NCBI GenBank assembly: GCA_963703285.1
Contig: OY969807.1
Coordinates: 448,001 to 512,000, forward strand
Length of the DNA stretch: 64,000 nucleotides
DNA from: an uncultured Nitrososphaerota archaeon
Lineage (GTDB): Archaea > Thermoproteota > Nitrososphaeria > Nitrososphaerales > Gagatemarchaeaceae
Reading direction: 5' to 3'
This document shows positions 28,866 through 38,206 of this stretch, piece by piece. The notes under the pieces were generated by a model, which worked only from the letters and a program-made list of their open reading frames with translations, made no database searches and had not been told where the DNA came from. Each line of letters begins with the position of its first letter. The first letter of the stretch is position 1. A program made the translations under genes and the position numbers.

Positions 28866-30842
28866 TTAATGAACTTGAGCCCTTCGGGGGCGGGCTCTCC
28901 GACCCGTCCGGCCTGGAGTTGCCTTTCCGCGCGGCTTTAGGTGCGTGTTGAACCACCTGATGTAGTGGTTCAGCCTCTCGACGCGGTGCTTCGGCTTCCC
29001 GGTCCGCGAGAGGTCGTGGTTCTCCCCGGGGAAGAGGACCATCTCCGGTTTACGCCCCGCGTACTTCAGGGCGGCGAAGAGCTGGAACGCTTCCGGGAGC
29101 GGGCACCTGTAGTCCTCGAACGAGTGGACGATCATAAGCGGCGTCTTCATGGCCCTGACGTACCTGATCGGCGATGCGGCCATCAGCCTCTCCTCGTCCT
29201 CCCAAGGATCGGACTTCGTCTGGTCCTTCGTGAACCAGATGCCGATGTCCGAGGTGCCGAACATGCTGAACCAGCTGGCGATTGACCTGTCGGTGACCCC
29301 GGCCCTGAACCTCTCCGTGTGGCCCAGCGCCCAGTTGGTCATGAAACCGCCGTAGGACCCTCCCGCGATCGCCACCCTCCCCCCGTCGATCGGGAAGCTC
29401 GCGACCGCGTGGTCGAGCCCCTCCATGAGGTCCTGAAAGTCCCTCGTGCCGTAGGCCCCCCTGATGTCGGCGAACCTCTCGGAGTAGCCGTCGCTCCCCC
29501 TCGGGTTGAGGCAGACGACGGCGTAACCGGCCCCGGCGTAGCACTGCAGCTCGTGGGAGTAGGCGTAGCCGAAGGCCGTCTTCGGCCCACCGTGGACGTA
29601 CAGGACCGCAGGGTGCTTCCCCTCGCCCTCCGGCAGGAGGACCCACCCCTCGATTCTCGCCCCGTCGCTGGCCTTGAAGTTGAATGGGACCGCCCTGGCG
29701 CTTGCAAGACGCGAGCGCGCCTCGCGGTTGAAGGAGGTGATGGCCTTCGCCTCCGCTCCCCCGACGTAGAGCTCCTCCGGGCTGGACGCGTCCATCGCGA
29801 CGAAGGCAATCTTGCCCTTCCGTACGTCGAACCCCTCGATGGACCTCTCCCCTCCTAGCACCTCCTCGGAGGCGCCCTTCAGGTTGGTGCGGAAGAGGCG
29901 CGCCGAACCTCCGTCCTGCCTGAGGTGATAGATCCATTCACCGTCCCAGACCAGGTCCGTGGGACCGTGGCCGCCCGACCTCACGTCGGAGTTCAGAGTG
30001 TTTGCCAGGTTCCTGTCGGTGCGGCCGATCTGCTTGGGCCGCGGCCCGCCTCGCGCGCCGACCACCCACAGCCTGTCGTGCGATGCGAAGCCCCTCGGGA
30101 AGTTCGTCCCCGAGAACGCGACGAGTCTGTCGTCGGCGCTCCACGCGACGGCCTCGACCCCGAAGTTGCCCCGCGTCAGCTTCCTCGTCCTCCCCGACCG
30201 GAGGCCTTTGAGGAAGATTTCGCTGATGTACGGCCTCATCTCGCTGACGCGGGCCACGTATGCGAGCGTCCTCCCGTCGTGGGAGACGGCGAAGTCCGAG
30301 ACGTCGATCTCGCCCGACGTAAGCTGGCGCGGCTCCCTCCCCTGTTCTACACTGAAGACGTGCCCGCGCGAGTTGTACACGAACCCCTTTCCGTTCGACC
30401 AGACGTCGAGGCGCCTGACGACCCTGACGTCTGTCTTCTCTGCCTCGACCACGGACGAGAGGAAGAAGACGGTCCTCGAGTTCGGGGACCAGGCGAATTT
30501 GTCGATGCCCTCCTTTCTCTTTACCACGAGGGTGGCCTCGCCCCCGTCCGCTGCGATCGAGTATAGCTCCGATCCCTTCTCATCCTTAGCCAACCCCCTC
30601 TTGGAGGCGAACAGGAGGCGCCTCCCGTCGGGGGACCAGGCAGGCCCGCCGTCCTTGCCCGTGCTCGTGAACCTGCGCGCCCTGCCCTCCTGAGAGATCA
30701 CCCAGACATCCGACGTGTAGGCGTCTTCTTTGATGTCGGCGTGCTTGACAGAGACGGCGACTGCGCCGGTTCGCGGCGAGATGCTCGGCTTCGAGATGGT
30801 CCTATAGACCCCCAGGTCTTCCGGCCTTATCAGTCGGCCCAT
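28866..30842 (-). CDS. S9 family acylaminoacyl/prolyl oligopeptidase
   Basis: Beta-propeller WSPD repeats, VHGGP, GGSYGG nucleophile, DYRCP, GENHDL. Confidence 0.92.
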   Translation of the reverse strand: MGRLIRPEDLGVYRTISKPSISPRTGAVAVSVKHADIKEDAYTSDVWVISQEGRARRFTSTGKDGGPAWSPDGRRLLFASKRGLAKDEKGSELYSIAADGGEATLVVKRKEGIDKFAWSPNSRTVFFLSSVVEAEKTDVRVVRRLDVWSNGKGFVYNSRGHVFSVEQGREPRQLTSGEIDVSDFAVSHDGRTLAYVARVSEMRPYISEIFLKGLRSGRTRKLTRGNFGVEAVAWSADDRLVAFSGTNFPRGFASHDRLWVVGARGGPRPKQIGRTDRNLANTLNSDVRSGGHGPTDLVWDGEWIYHLRQDGGSARLFRTNLKGASEEVLGGERSIEGFDVRKGKIAFVAMDASSPEELYVGGAEAKAITSFNREARSRLASARAVPFNFKASDGARIEGWVLLPEGEGKHPAVLYVHGGPKTAFGYAYSHELQCYAGAGYAVVCLNPRGSDGYSERFADIRGAYGTRDFQDLMEGLDHAVASFPIDGGRVAIAGGSYGGFMTNWALGHTERFRAGVTDRSIASWFSMFGTSDIGIWFTKDQTKSDPWEDEERLMAASPIRYVRAMKTPLMIVHSFEDYRCPLPEAFQLFAALKYAGRKPEMVLFPGENHDLSRTGKPKHRVERLNHYIRWFNTHLKPRGKATPGRTGRRARPRRAQVH

Positions 30843-30951
30843 GGCGATGGTGCGGACGGCCCCGCTAATTCCCTTTCGCTGGCGGCCGACCGTGGGCGCT
30901 CGCGCACGGAAAGGTGATAACGGCGGGGCGGCAGGCTCCATAGCGCAGCGA

Positions 30952-31785
30952 TTGAAGAGAGTACGAATAGGCTTCCAGGGCGAGCACGGCGCGTTCAGCG
31001 AGGAGGCGGTCGTCAAGCACTTCGGAGGCGCCGTCGAGCCGGTCCCCGCGAGGTCCATCCGGGAGGTCTTCAACCTCACCGAGGCGGGCGGGGTCGAGGC
31101 GGGCGTCGTGCCCGTCGAGAACTCGATAGAGGGCAGCGTCTCCGAGACCTACGACATGCTCCTAACCTCAAGCGCCAAGGTCGTCGGCGAGGTCCCGGTG
31201 AAGGTCGTCCACTGCCTTATCGCGCTGCCGGCCACGAAGCTCACCCAGGTCAAGGTCATCTACTCCCACCCCCAGGCGCTCGCGCAGTGCAGGAACTTCG
31301 TCGCCGGCCTGCGAGCCGAACCCAGAGTCGCCTATGACACCGCCGGGAGCGTGAAGATGATCAAGGAGGAGGGACTCGTGGGCGCGGGGGCCATCGCGAG
31401 CGAGAGGGCCGCCGAGATATACGGCCTCAAGGTGCTGAAGAAGGGGATAGAGGACTACGGCCGCAACTTCACCAGGTTCGTCGTGATCTCCATGAGAGAG
31501 GGGAAGAGGACGCGGGGAAGCAAGACCTCGCTCGTCCTCTCGGTGCCCAACGTCCCCGGGTCGCTTTACGGCGTCCTTGAGGTCTTTGCCGGGGCCGGGA
31601 TCAACCTCACGAAGATCGAGTCCCGCCCGACGAGGCAGCGTCCCTGGGAGTACTACATGTTCCTGGACTTCGAGGGGCATCACAAGGACAGGGTCGTCTC
31701 GAAGGCCCTAGCCGAGATAGCCACCAAGACCGTCTTCCTCAAGGTCCTCGGTTCCTTCCCGATATCGAGGGAGGAGCTGCTCTGA
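30952..31785 (+). CDS. pheA: Prephenate dehydratase
   Basis: FQGEHGAFSEEA, PVENSIEGSV, SHPQALAQC, NFTRF, INLTKIESRP (ACT domain). Confidence 0.93.
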   Translation: MKRVRIGFQGEHGAFSEEAVVKHFGGAVEPVPARSIREVFNLTEAGGVEAGVVPVENSIEGSVSETYDMLLTSSAKVVGEVPVKVVHCLIALPATKLTQVKVIYSHPQALAQCRNFVAGLRAEPRVAYDTAGSVKMIKEEGLVGAGAIASERAAEIYGLKVLKKGIEDYGRNFTRFVVISMREGKRTRGSKTSLVLSVPNVPGSLYGVLEVFAGAGINLTKIESRPTRQRPWEYYMFLDFEGHHKDRVVSKALAEIATKTVFLKVLGSFPISREELL

Positions 31786-31813
31786 GACGAGCGGGAGCCA
31801 GGCGCTAGAGGAG

Positions 31814-32353
31814 GTGGCCGCTGAGGTGCGGTCGTGCGAGAAGTGCCCGCTCCACCTCTCCCGCACCAACGCGGTCCCCGGGGAGGGGCCGGCCGACGCT
31901 TTGGTCGTGATCGTCGGCGAGGCGCCCGGTCGGAACGAGGACGAGCAGGGGCGCCCGTTCGTGGGGGCCGCGGGGGCCAACCTTGACGGCCTGCTCCACG
32001 ACGCGGGGCTGTCCAGGGGTTCGGTCTTCATAACGAACGCCGTGAAGTGCAGGCCTCCGTCGAACCGAAGACCGGCCCGGGGCGAGCTCGACTCCTGCCA
32101 CCCCTACCTCCGGCGCCAGATCGAAGCCATCTCGCCGAGGGTCGTGGTGCTGCTCGGGGATACCGCGACCAAGGAGTTCTTCCCCGAGGTCACGCTGTCG
32201 CGGGGGCACGGCTCCGCGGTGAGGAGGGGGTCGGTGGACTATCTCCCTACGTATCACCCGGCCTCGATAATCTACAACCCTTCACTGGAACGCGCGCTCC
32301 GGGACGACTTCGCCAAACTGGCGACCCTGGCCGAAGGGGCCGGGTCGGGCTAG
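31814..32353 (+). CDS. udg: Uracil-DNA glycosylase family 4
   Basis: CEKCPL, GEAPGRNED..GRPFVG, NAVKCRPP.NR, TYHPA. Confidence 0.93.
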   Translation: MAAEVRSCEKCPLHLSRTNAVPGEGPADALVVIVGEAPGRNEDEQGRPFVGAAGANLDGLLHDAGLSRGSVFITNAVKCRPPSNRRPARGELDSCHPYLRRQIEAISPRVVVLLGDTATKEFFPEVTLSRGHGSAVRRGSVDYLPTYHPASIIYNPSLERALRDDFAKLATLAEGAGSG

Positions 32354-32955
32354 GCCGGCTTGGCTTCGCCCGGCTTGGCGAGGTAGAGGTAGAGCGCCAC
32401 GGCGAGCATGACTATCGCGAGGCCCATCCCGCCGAAGAAGGAGACCTTCCCGACCTCGTCCAGGACCAGGGGAAGTCCGAGGAGGAGCAGGATGGTTACG
32501 ACGTTCCTGGCCTGGTCCTTCCTGATGGTCACCGAAGGAAGCATGAGGAAGCTGAAGAGGATTACGAGCGCGGGGAAGACGACGACGTATCGTCCGTTCA
32601 GGACGTTCGTGGCGGCGGTGCCGAGGTCGAACCCCGCGGCGTACCAGGCCGAGAGAACCCCGAGGACCAGCGCGACCAGGGCCAGCTTCTGGAGCGTCGA
32701 GCTCTCCTGGACGACCTTGGCCCTCCGCCTCGCCGGCTCGGTGTAGATCACGTCTAGGATGGCGCCGAAGACAACGGCGACGAACCCGACCAGGAAGACG
32801 TAGGGGCTCTCCGCGACCTGGAGGAAGACGGTCTGCGGGAGGGTCGAGGAGATGCCGGTCTGCGCCCAGAGGACTATCGCGTATAGGCCGCTCACCGCGA
32901 AGGGGACGAGGAAGAGGAGGAACGGTATGTCCTCCCGGTTCTGGCTGGCGCTCAT
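32350..32955 (-). CDS. Multi-pass membrane protein
   Basis: About six hydrophobic segments; host-like codon usage. Confidence 0.65.
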   Translation of the reverse strand: MSASQNREDIPFLLFLVPFAVSGLYAIVLWAQTGISSTLPQTVFLQVAESPYVFLVGFVAVVFGAILDVIYTEPARRRAKVVQESSTLQKLALVALVLGVLSAWYAAGFDLGTAATNVLNGRYVVVFPALVILFSFLMLPSVTIRKDQARNVVTILLLLGLPLVLDEVGKVSFFGGMGLAIVMLAVALYLYLAKPGEAKPA

Positions 32956-33019
32956 CGAGTGGGCGACCGCACATAATGTCGGATTAAAACTCTTGCCATC
33001 TTTCGCCGAGACGGCGGGG

Positions 33020-33787
33020 CTAGACCGTCTTCCTCCCGAAGGTGACGTAGCAAGTGTGGCCTATCATGAACTGCGATGGGCGCGTCATCCCCGCCCTCGC
33101 TTCGAGGTTGCGGACCAAAACCTCCAGCGTCTCGACGTTGACGAAGGACTCCCCCTTCATCGTCTCGGTGAGCCTCTCGGCCTGGTTCATGGTGGGACAG
33201 ATGGCCGCCATCATCCCCGAGGGGGAGAGGGCGCCCTTGACGTTCCGCACGAGCTCCCAGGGGTCTCCCATGTCGACGAGGGCGGCGTCCAGGTCGCTCT
33301 CCTCGATTCCCTCCTTGGCGTCCTTCCCCCTGAGGGTGACCACGTCAAGCAGCCCGAACCTCTCCAGGTTCTTCCTCGCCACCTCCTGGAACTCCGCGTT
33401 GAGGTCGTAGCTGTAGACGCGCCCCGCCGGGGCGACCATGTAGGCGAAGGCCGCCGTCGCCGCGCCCGACCCGGTCCCCGCCTCGAAGACTCTGCTCCCC
33501 GAGTGGATGCCGCAGCGCATCACGATCATGCCCAGGTCCTTGGGGTAGATCACCTGCGTCTTCCTTGCGAACTTCATCACGATGTCCTCCAGGGTGGGCT
33601 TCAGGACGTAGACGGTGTCGTTCATCGTCGTTGTCGCGACGGTCCCGAAGGGCAGGCCTATGAGCGCGGTGCAGTCGAGTATCCCGAGGTGCGTGTGAAG
33701 CTTGGGCGTGTCTGCGGGGCGCACCAGCCACTTCCTCCTCCTGTCCCTGTACACGAGTATGTACGAGCCTGCGCTTATCGTCTCCAT
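33020..33787 (-). CDS. trmI: tRNA (adenine-N1)-methyltransferase
   Basis: HTHLG, RKTQVIYPKD, EAGTGSG, DMGDPW, RPSQFMIGHT. Confidence 0.93.
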   Translation of the reverse strand: METISAGSYILVYRDRRRKWLVRPADTPKLHTHLGILDCTALIGLPFGTVATTTMNDTVYVLKPTLEDIVMKFARKTQVIYPKDLGMIVMRCGIHSGSRVFEAGTGSGAATAAFAYMVAPAGRVYSYDLNAEFQEVARKNLERFGLLDVVTLRGKDAKEGIEESDLDAALVDMGDPWELVRNVKGALSPSGMMAAICPTMNQAERLTETMKGESFVNVETLEVLVRNLEARAGMTRPSQFMIGHTCYVTFGRKTV

Positions 33788-33839
33788 CGACGGGCGCCCG
33801 TCTGCGACCGCCTTTTATTGTGAACGCGAGCCTCTCCGG

Positions 33840-34397
33840 TCAGGCCCGCCACCAGTCGAAGGCGAGGAACTCGACCTTCTCCCTGCTGCCGCTCACGACG
33901 GCGATGATGAACTGCTTCCTCACGGTGGTGGCCAGCCTCCCCGACCTGACCATGTCCATGGCGTTTATCTCGCTCCCGGCCTTCTCAACCTGCACTATGT
34001 ACGGGGCGTGGTCGATCCCGGGCCCGTGCTCGTAGACGGCGAAGTCGGTCCCGAACTTTATGCCCGGGGCCACGACGTAGCCCGCCTCCTTCAGCAGGCT
34101 GTAGACCCTGTACTTCTCCGCGAAGTCCGTGTACGAGTCCGCGCATATCTGCTCAAGCCTCTCGGCCTGGATGCCCTTGCCGCCCTGGTCCTCGACCCTG
34201 AGCTTCTTCTTCTTGACGAGGTAGTATCCCTCCATCAGGTCGAGGATCAGCGGCGCCTCGAACTCGAAGTCCTTCGGCTTTGGGATCCCGAGGGGCTTCC
34301 CGTAGTAGGCCTCCTTGAAGAGGCGCCTCGACGAGTCGATGTCCCAGACGACGATCCTGTTCTCGAATAGCCTTCCCGTGGACACCCTCGCTGTCAA
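33840..34397 (-). CDS. endA: tRNA-intron (splicing) endonuclease catalytic subunit
   Basis: YYGKPLG, LDLMEGYYL, GYVVAPGIKFGTDFAVYEHGPGIDHAPY, RLATTVRK. Confidence 0.92.
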   Translation of the reverse strand: MTARVSTGRLFENRIVVWDIDSSRRLFKEAYYGKPLGIPKPKDFEFEAPLILDLMEGYYLVKKKKLRVEDQGGKGIQAERLEQICADSYTDFAEKYRVYSLLKEAGYVVAPGIKFGTDFAVYEHGPGIDHAPYIVQVEKAGSEINAMDMVRSGRLATTVRKQFIIAVVSGSREKVEFLAFDWWRA

Positions 34398-34411
34398 AGC
34401 TCCTGCCCCGC

Positions 34412-35065
34412 CTAGACGCCGAGCGCCACTATCGTGGTCGAGTCTGCCGCCCGCATAGCCGCGTCGGAGGCGTCCTCGATGGACTGTATGACGTCCTTCA
34501 TCGCGATCAGCGCCCTGTAGCCGTTCATCGATTTCAGGACCTCGTTCATCAGGTCCCTCTGCTTGCCGTCTATCTCGCTCTCGATCTTCTGGATCTGCCC
34601 CGCCGTCTCTATGGCCTGGTCGGGGTTCATCGAGAGGGCGCGCACGCACTCGTTCTGCTTGGAGACCTCCTCGATGAGTAGGTTTAGGAGGTCCGAGAGC
34701 GGCTCCCTGTACTTCTTTATCTTGACGATGGACCGGTTGAGATGAGAGATCTTGAAGGCCGTCCCGTTGACGTAGCCGACTATCGATTCGATGAGGAACG
34801 CGAGCCTGAGGAGGTCCTCCTTGTTCAGGAGTAGGGTCCCGACCTGCGCGAGCTCCCTTATCAGGGACCTCCGCAGCGAGACGACGTCCTCCTCCGCCTT
34901 CTTGATCTTCTCCATCGAGGCCTTTAGCCCCGCCTTGTCGTTGCTGAGAAGGGCCTGCAGCTCCTCGTTCAGCACCCTCGATGCGTCCGTGTTTCTTCGT
35001 GCCATGTCCTCGAGAACGAGGAGAGTCCTCCTTCTGGCTTGGAGGTCCGCTTCAGAACCTGACAG
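34412..35065 (-). CDS. DUF47/PhoU-like phosphate transport regulator
   Basis: All-helical, two repeats (IKKAEED, IQKIESEID, IEDASD); frame stays open upstream of ATG 35005 to ~35065, start uncertain. Confidence 0.7.
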   Translation of the reverse strand: MSGSEADLQARRRTLLVLEDMARRNTDASRVLNEELQALLSNDKAGLKASMEKIKKAEEDVVSLRRSLIRELAQVGTLLLNKEDLLRLAFLIESIVGYVNGTAFKISHLNRSIVKIKKYREPLSDLLNLLIEEVSKQNECVRALSMNPDQAIETAGQIQKIESEIDGKQRDLMNEVLKSMNGYRALIAMKDVIQSIEDASDAAMRAADSTTIVALGV

Positions 35066-35133
35066 AGTCTTTTCCCCGCTGGGGTATGAAATTTATGCAA
35101 TATAAGCGTCACAAATTTCGGACGTTTTGCCAA

Positions 35134-36023
35134 TCAGCCCTTCGTGTCCTCGTCGCCCATCAGCCCCCTGAGGGGCTTCAGAAGCTCCGTGAACTCCGCC
35201 GGGATGATGTACTTGGTGGACGGGCTGTTGCCTATGGTCTTGAGCGTGTCGAGGTACTGGAGGGTCATCGTCTTCGCGTCTATGGTCTTCGCCGTGCCGA
35301 AGATGATCCCCAGGGACGTCGCGTAGCCCTCAGCGCGCAGAATCACCGCCTGCTTGTCTCCCTCGGCCTTGAGTATCGCCGACTTCTTGTCTCCCTCCGC
35401 CACGAGTATGGTCGACTCCCTCTTGCCGTCTGCCTCCAGGACCATGGCCCTCCTAGTCCTCTCGGCGGACATCTGCTTGACCATCGAGTCCTGGACGTCC
35501 TTCGGAGGTTTGATCTCCCTGATCTCGACGTTGGTGACCTTGATGCCCCACCTCTCGGTCACCTCATCCAGCTTCGTCCTGAGGATGCTGTTGATCTGGT
35601 CCCTCTTGGCCAGCAGCTCGTCGAGCGGGATGTCGCCGACGACGGACCTGAGGGTCGTGGTGGCGATGCCGACGGAAGCGCCCGCGAAGTTCTGCACCTG
35701 GACGATCGACTGGGCCGCGTCCATGACCTTGTAGTAGATCAGGAAGTCGATGTCCGTGGGCGCGTTGTCCTTGGTGATGCACGTCTGGTGGGGGACCTCG
35801 ATGTACCTCTCCCTCAGGTCGACCTTGTTGACCCTGTTGATGAACGGGAAGACGAAGACGATCCCGGGACCCCTCGCACCCACGAGCCGCCCTAGGGTGA
35901 AGAGGACGACCCTCTCGTACTCCCGGACCACCTTGATGGTCGACGCGATGAACCCTAGGACTATGAGGACGACTAGGATGAGGATGACGTACTCGGCGAT
36001 GGCCGTGGCCGACGCGAACGCAA
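35134..36023 (-). CDS. SPFH/band-7 (stomatin-like) membrane protein
   Basis: VREYERVVLFTLGR, PHQTCITKDN, TTLRSVVG, WGIKVTNVEIREI, QMSAER; TM helix upstream of 35931; in-frame start needs one extra base near 36020. Confidence 0.9.
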
Positions 36024-36041
36024 GCGGTGAGAGGGTCGTAA

Positions 36042-37373
36042 CTAGACGCCTTCTACTACGAGCTTGTAACCGTCGGTCTCTTTAACCTTTACACGCGCAC
36101 CCTTCACCAGGTCCTGCTTGGATGTGACGGACCAGTCCTCCGAGTCTATGTTCGCCGTGCCCGTCGAGTTCGCCTTGACGTCTGACGTGAGGACTCCCTC
36201 CCTCCCGATCATCCGCTTCATCTCGAAGAGCCCCGTCTTCCTCCTCTCCAGGTCCCTCCTGAGCTTGTACAGGTAGAAGCTCCCTATGATGATCGCCACC
36301 CCGAGCACTCCGAGTATGGCGTAGGTGATGGGGCTCGGGCTCACGACGGCGGCTGGTGGGGTTATCCCCGTGGAGGTCGGGGCGGGCGTCACGGTGTTCT
36401 GGAAGACGAGCAGGACGCCGATGGCGAAGACGATGACCCCGCCGACGGCGCTTATCCCGTGATGCGTCTTGACCTCGAGGAAGATGAAGGCTGCGCCGAT
36501 GAACATGAGCAGGACCGCGGAGAGAGGGGCCCCGAAGTAGCCGAGCCCGATGAGAGCCATCACAATCGCCGCCGCGCCGGCGGCAGACAGGATGAAGGTC
36601 GGATGGAAGAGGTCGACCATGATCGCGAGGATGCCCGCGAGGAAGAGGACCGACGCGAGGTTGGGGTCGCTCAGGACGCTGATCAGCTCGGCGCTTATCC
36701 CCTCGTTCTCCGTGGGTGCGCTGGAGGGAACGCCCAGCGCGGCGAGGGCGGCGGAGACCGTGGACGCGTTCACGACGCCGTCCACCGCGTGGACCCTGAG
36801 GGCTCCGGTCGCGACGAAGGAGGCGTCGGAGCTGACCATTAGCGCCGTCGCGGTCCCGTTCCTGCCGAAGTACTGGGTGAGCGCCTGCATGTAGGTCGTG
36901 TAGGCGACGACGGAGCCCGTCTCGGATGTCGCCGCGACGTCCAGCGCGGACCCGATCGATGTCCCGTTCATCATGTAGACCTGGTTGGACGCCTCCGCCA
37001 CGAACGCGCCCGTGTCCACCGCGCCCGCGCCGTAGGGTCCCACGAGGGTGATGAACGTCCCCCCGCTCGACTCGTAGTTCGACATGGCCTGTATTATGCC
37101 GTCCATGCTCTCGTCGTCGCCGGCCACGCTGTTCAGCACGAGCACGACGTGGCTCGCCCCCGCGGACTGTGCGTCGCTTATCGACGAGGCGACGAAGGCC
37201 TCGGTGCCGGGGTCGATGTTCGCGTTGAGCGAGATCACGTAGTATGGAGGCGCGACCGACGTCTGCCCATGCGCCTGGCCTCCCATGGACACCAGCGCGA
37301 GCGCTCCCAGGAGCAGCGTGACCGCCAGGACTCGCCTCGTTCTCAACCAGGCCGCCTGATGTCTCGCGCGCAA
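36042..37373 (-). CDS. nfeD: NfeD-family membrane protein (ClpP-like N-domain, TM region, OB-fold)
   Basis: IDPGTEAFV...AGASHVVLVLNS, LSDPNLA, MIGREG...IDSEDW...LVVE; canonical position upstream of stomatin. Confidence 0.85.
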   Translation of the reverse strand: MRARHQAAWLRTRRVLAVTLLLGALALVSMGGQAHGQTSVAPPYYVISLNANIDPGTEAFVASSISDAQSAGASHVVLVLNSVAGDDESMDGIIQAMSNYESSGGTFITLVGPYGAGAVDTGAFVAEASNQVYMMNGTSIGSALDVAATSETGSVVAYTTYMQALTQYFGRNGTATALMVSSDASFVATGALRVHAVDGVVNASTVSAALAALGVPSSAPTENEGISAELISVLSDPNLASVLFLAGILAIMVDLFHPTFILSAAGAAAIVMALIGLGYFGAPLSAVLLMFIGAAFIFLEVKTHHGISAVGGVIVFAIGVLLVFQNTVTPAPTSTGITPPAAVVSPSPITYAILGVLGVAIIIGSFYLYKLRRDLERRKTGLFEMKRMIGREGVLTSDVKANSTGTANIDSEDWSVTSKQDLVKGARVKVKETDGYKLVVEGV

Positions 37374-37412
37374 CCGACGGTAATTAATGTTCCCGCCTTG
37401 CCGCTGGACCGG

Positions 37413-38159
37413 TCAGCGGTTAAGGTCGTCGTCCCCGAGCGGAGAGACCTTGACGTAGAAGGGCTCGTCGGGGACGGTGGTCGTCCGGGAGATCAGTCCC
37501 TGGGACGCTAGGCGCTCGCACGCCTCCTTCACCTGGTCGGGGTCGAGGTCGCCGTCGAACTTCTTCTCGACCTCCCCCTCGATGGTCAGGACGCCCTTCT
37601 CCTGCATGTCGGAGAGGACCTGGAGGATTCTTCCCTCGAGGGAGTCCCTCTCCGGGGCTCGAGGGAGCATGTGTATCTGCTGCCTGCCGCCCTTGAGCCT
37701 CTCTATGACGGGAGCCCAGTCGTTCAGGTTCCTCGTCCTGGACCTTCCCGTCTCCTGCTCGACGAACTCGGTCTTCTTGACCACGCCGTTGTCGTTCCAC
37801 TGCACCTCGAGCTTCGGCGCGAGCCCTGGAGTGTGGTGCCCCTTCACGGATACTATCGACGAGAGCTTGATGGAGAGGTTCGCCGGGTCCTGGGGGATGT
37901 TCTCCAGGTCCTCGACGTCCGAGATGTAGAGCCTTTTCTTCCCCAGGGTCTCGAAGGGGTCCACCATCCCCACCGGGACGTCTACCTCGCTTTCCGAGCC
38001 GTGGGCGTAGACCAGCCTGAGGTTTGTGAGGATGAGGTTGCCCTCCGTCTCCTTGCCGACGTCCAGGTCCGCCTCCATCTCCTGGCGTACACCGACCCCG
38101 CGGTTGACCACAGCCTCCTCCTCTGCGAGGATCACCTCTTGCGAAGGGTTGCCTTCCAA
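37413..38159 (-). CDS. Hypothetical protein: PH/GRAM-like N-domain + C-terminal winged helix
   Basis: EGNLILTNLRLVY and LSIKLSSIVSV PH-like strands; LEGRILQVLS...VKEACERLASQGLI wHTH. Confidence 0.6.
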   Translation of the reverse strand: MEGNPSQEVILAEEEAVVNRGVGVRQEMEADLDVGKETEGNLILTNLRLVYAHGSESEVDVPVGMVDPFETLGKKRLYISDVEDLENIPQDPANLSIKLSSIVSVKGHHTPGLAPKLEVQWNDNGVVKKTEFVEQETGRSRTRNLNDWAPVIERLKGGRQQIHMLPRAPERDSLEGRILQVLSDMQEKGVLTIEGEVEKKFDGDLDPDQVKEACERLASQGLISRTTTVPDEPFYVKVSPLGDDDLNR

Positions 38160-38206
38160 ACCGGATTTTCGGCTTCGGACTGCATTATTAAAGCGTCTAG
38201 GCGAGC

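Noticed and set aside
33840-34649. 269-aa version of the splicing endonuclease with an N-terminal extension
   Set aside because: The extension overlaps the DUF47 gene in another frame; recognisable sequence starts near the TTG at 34397
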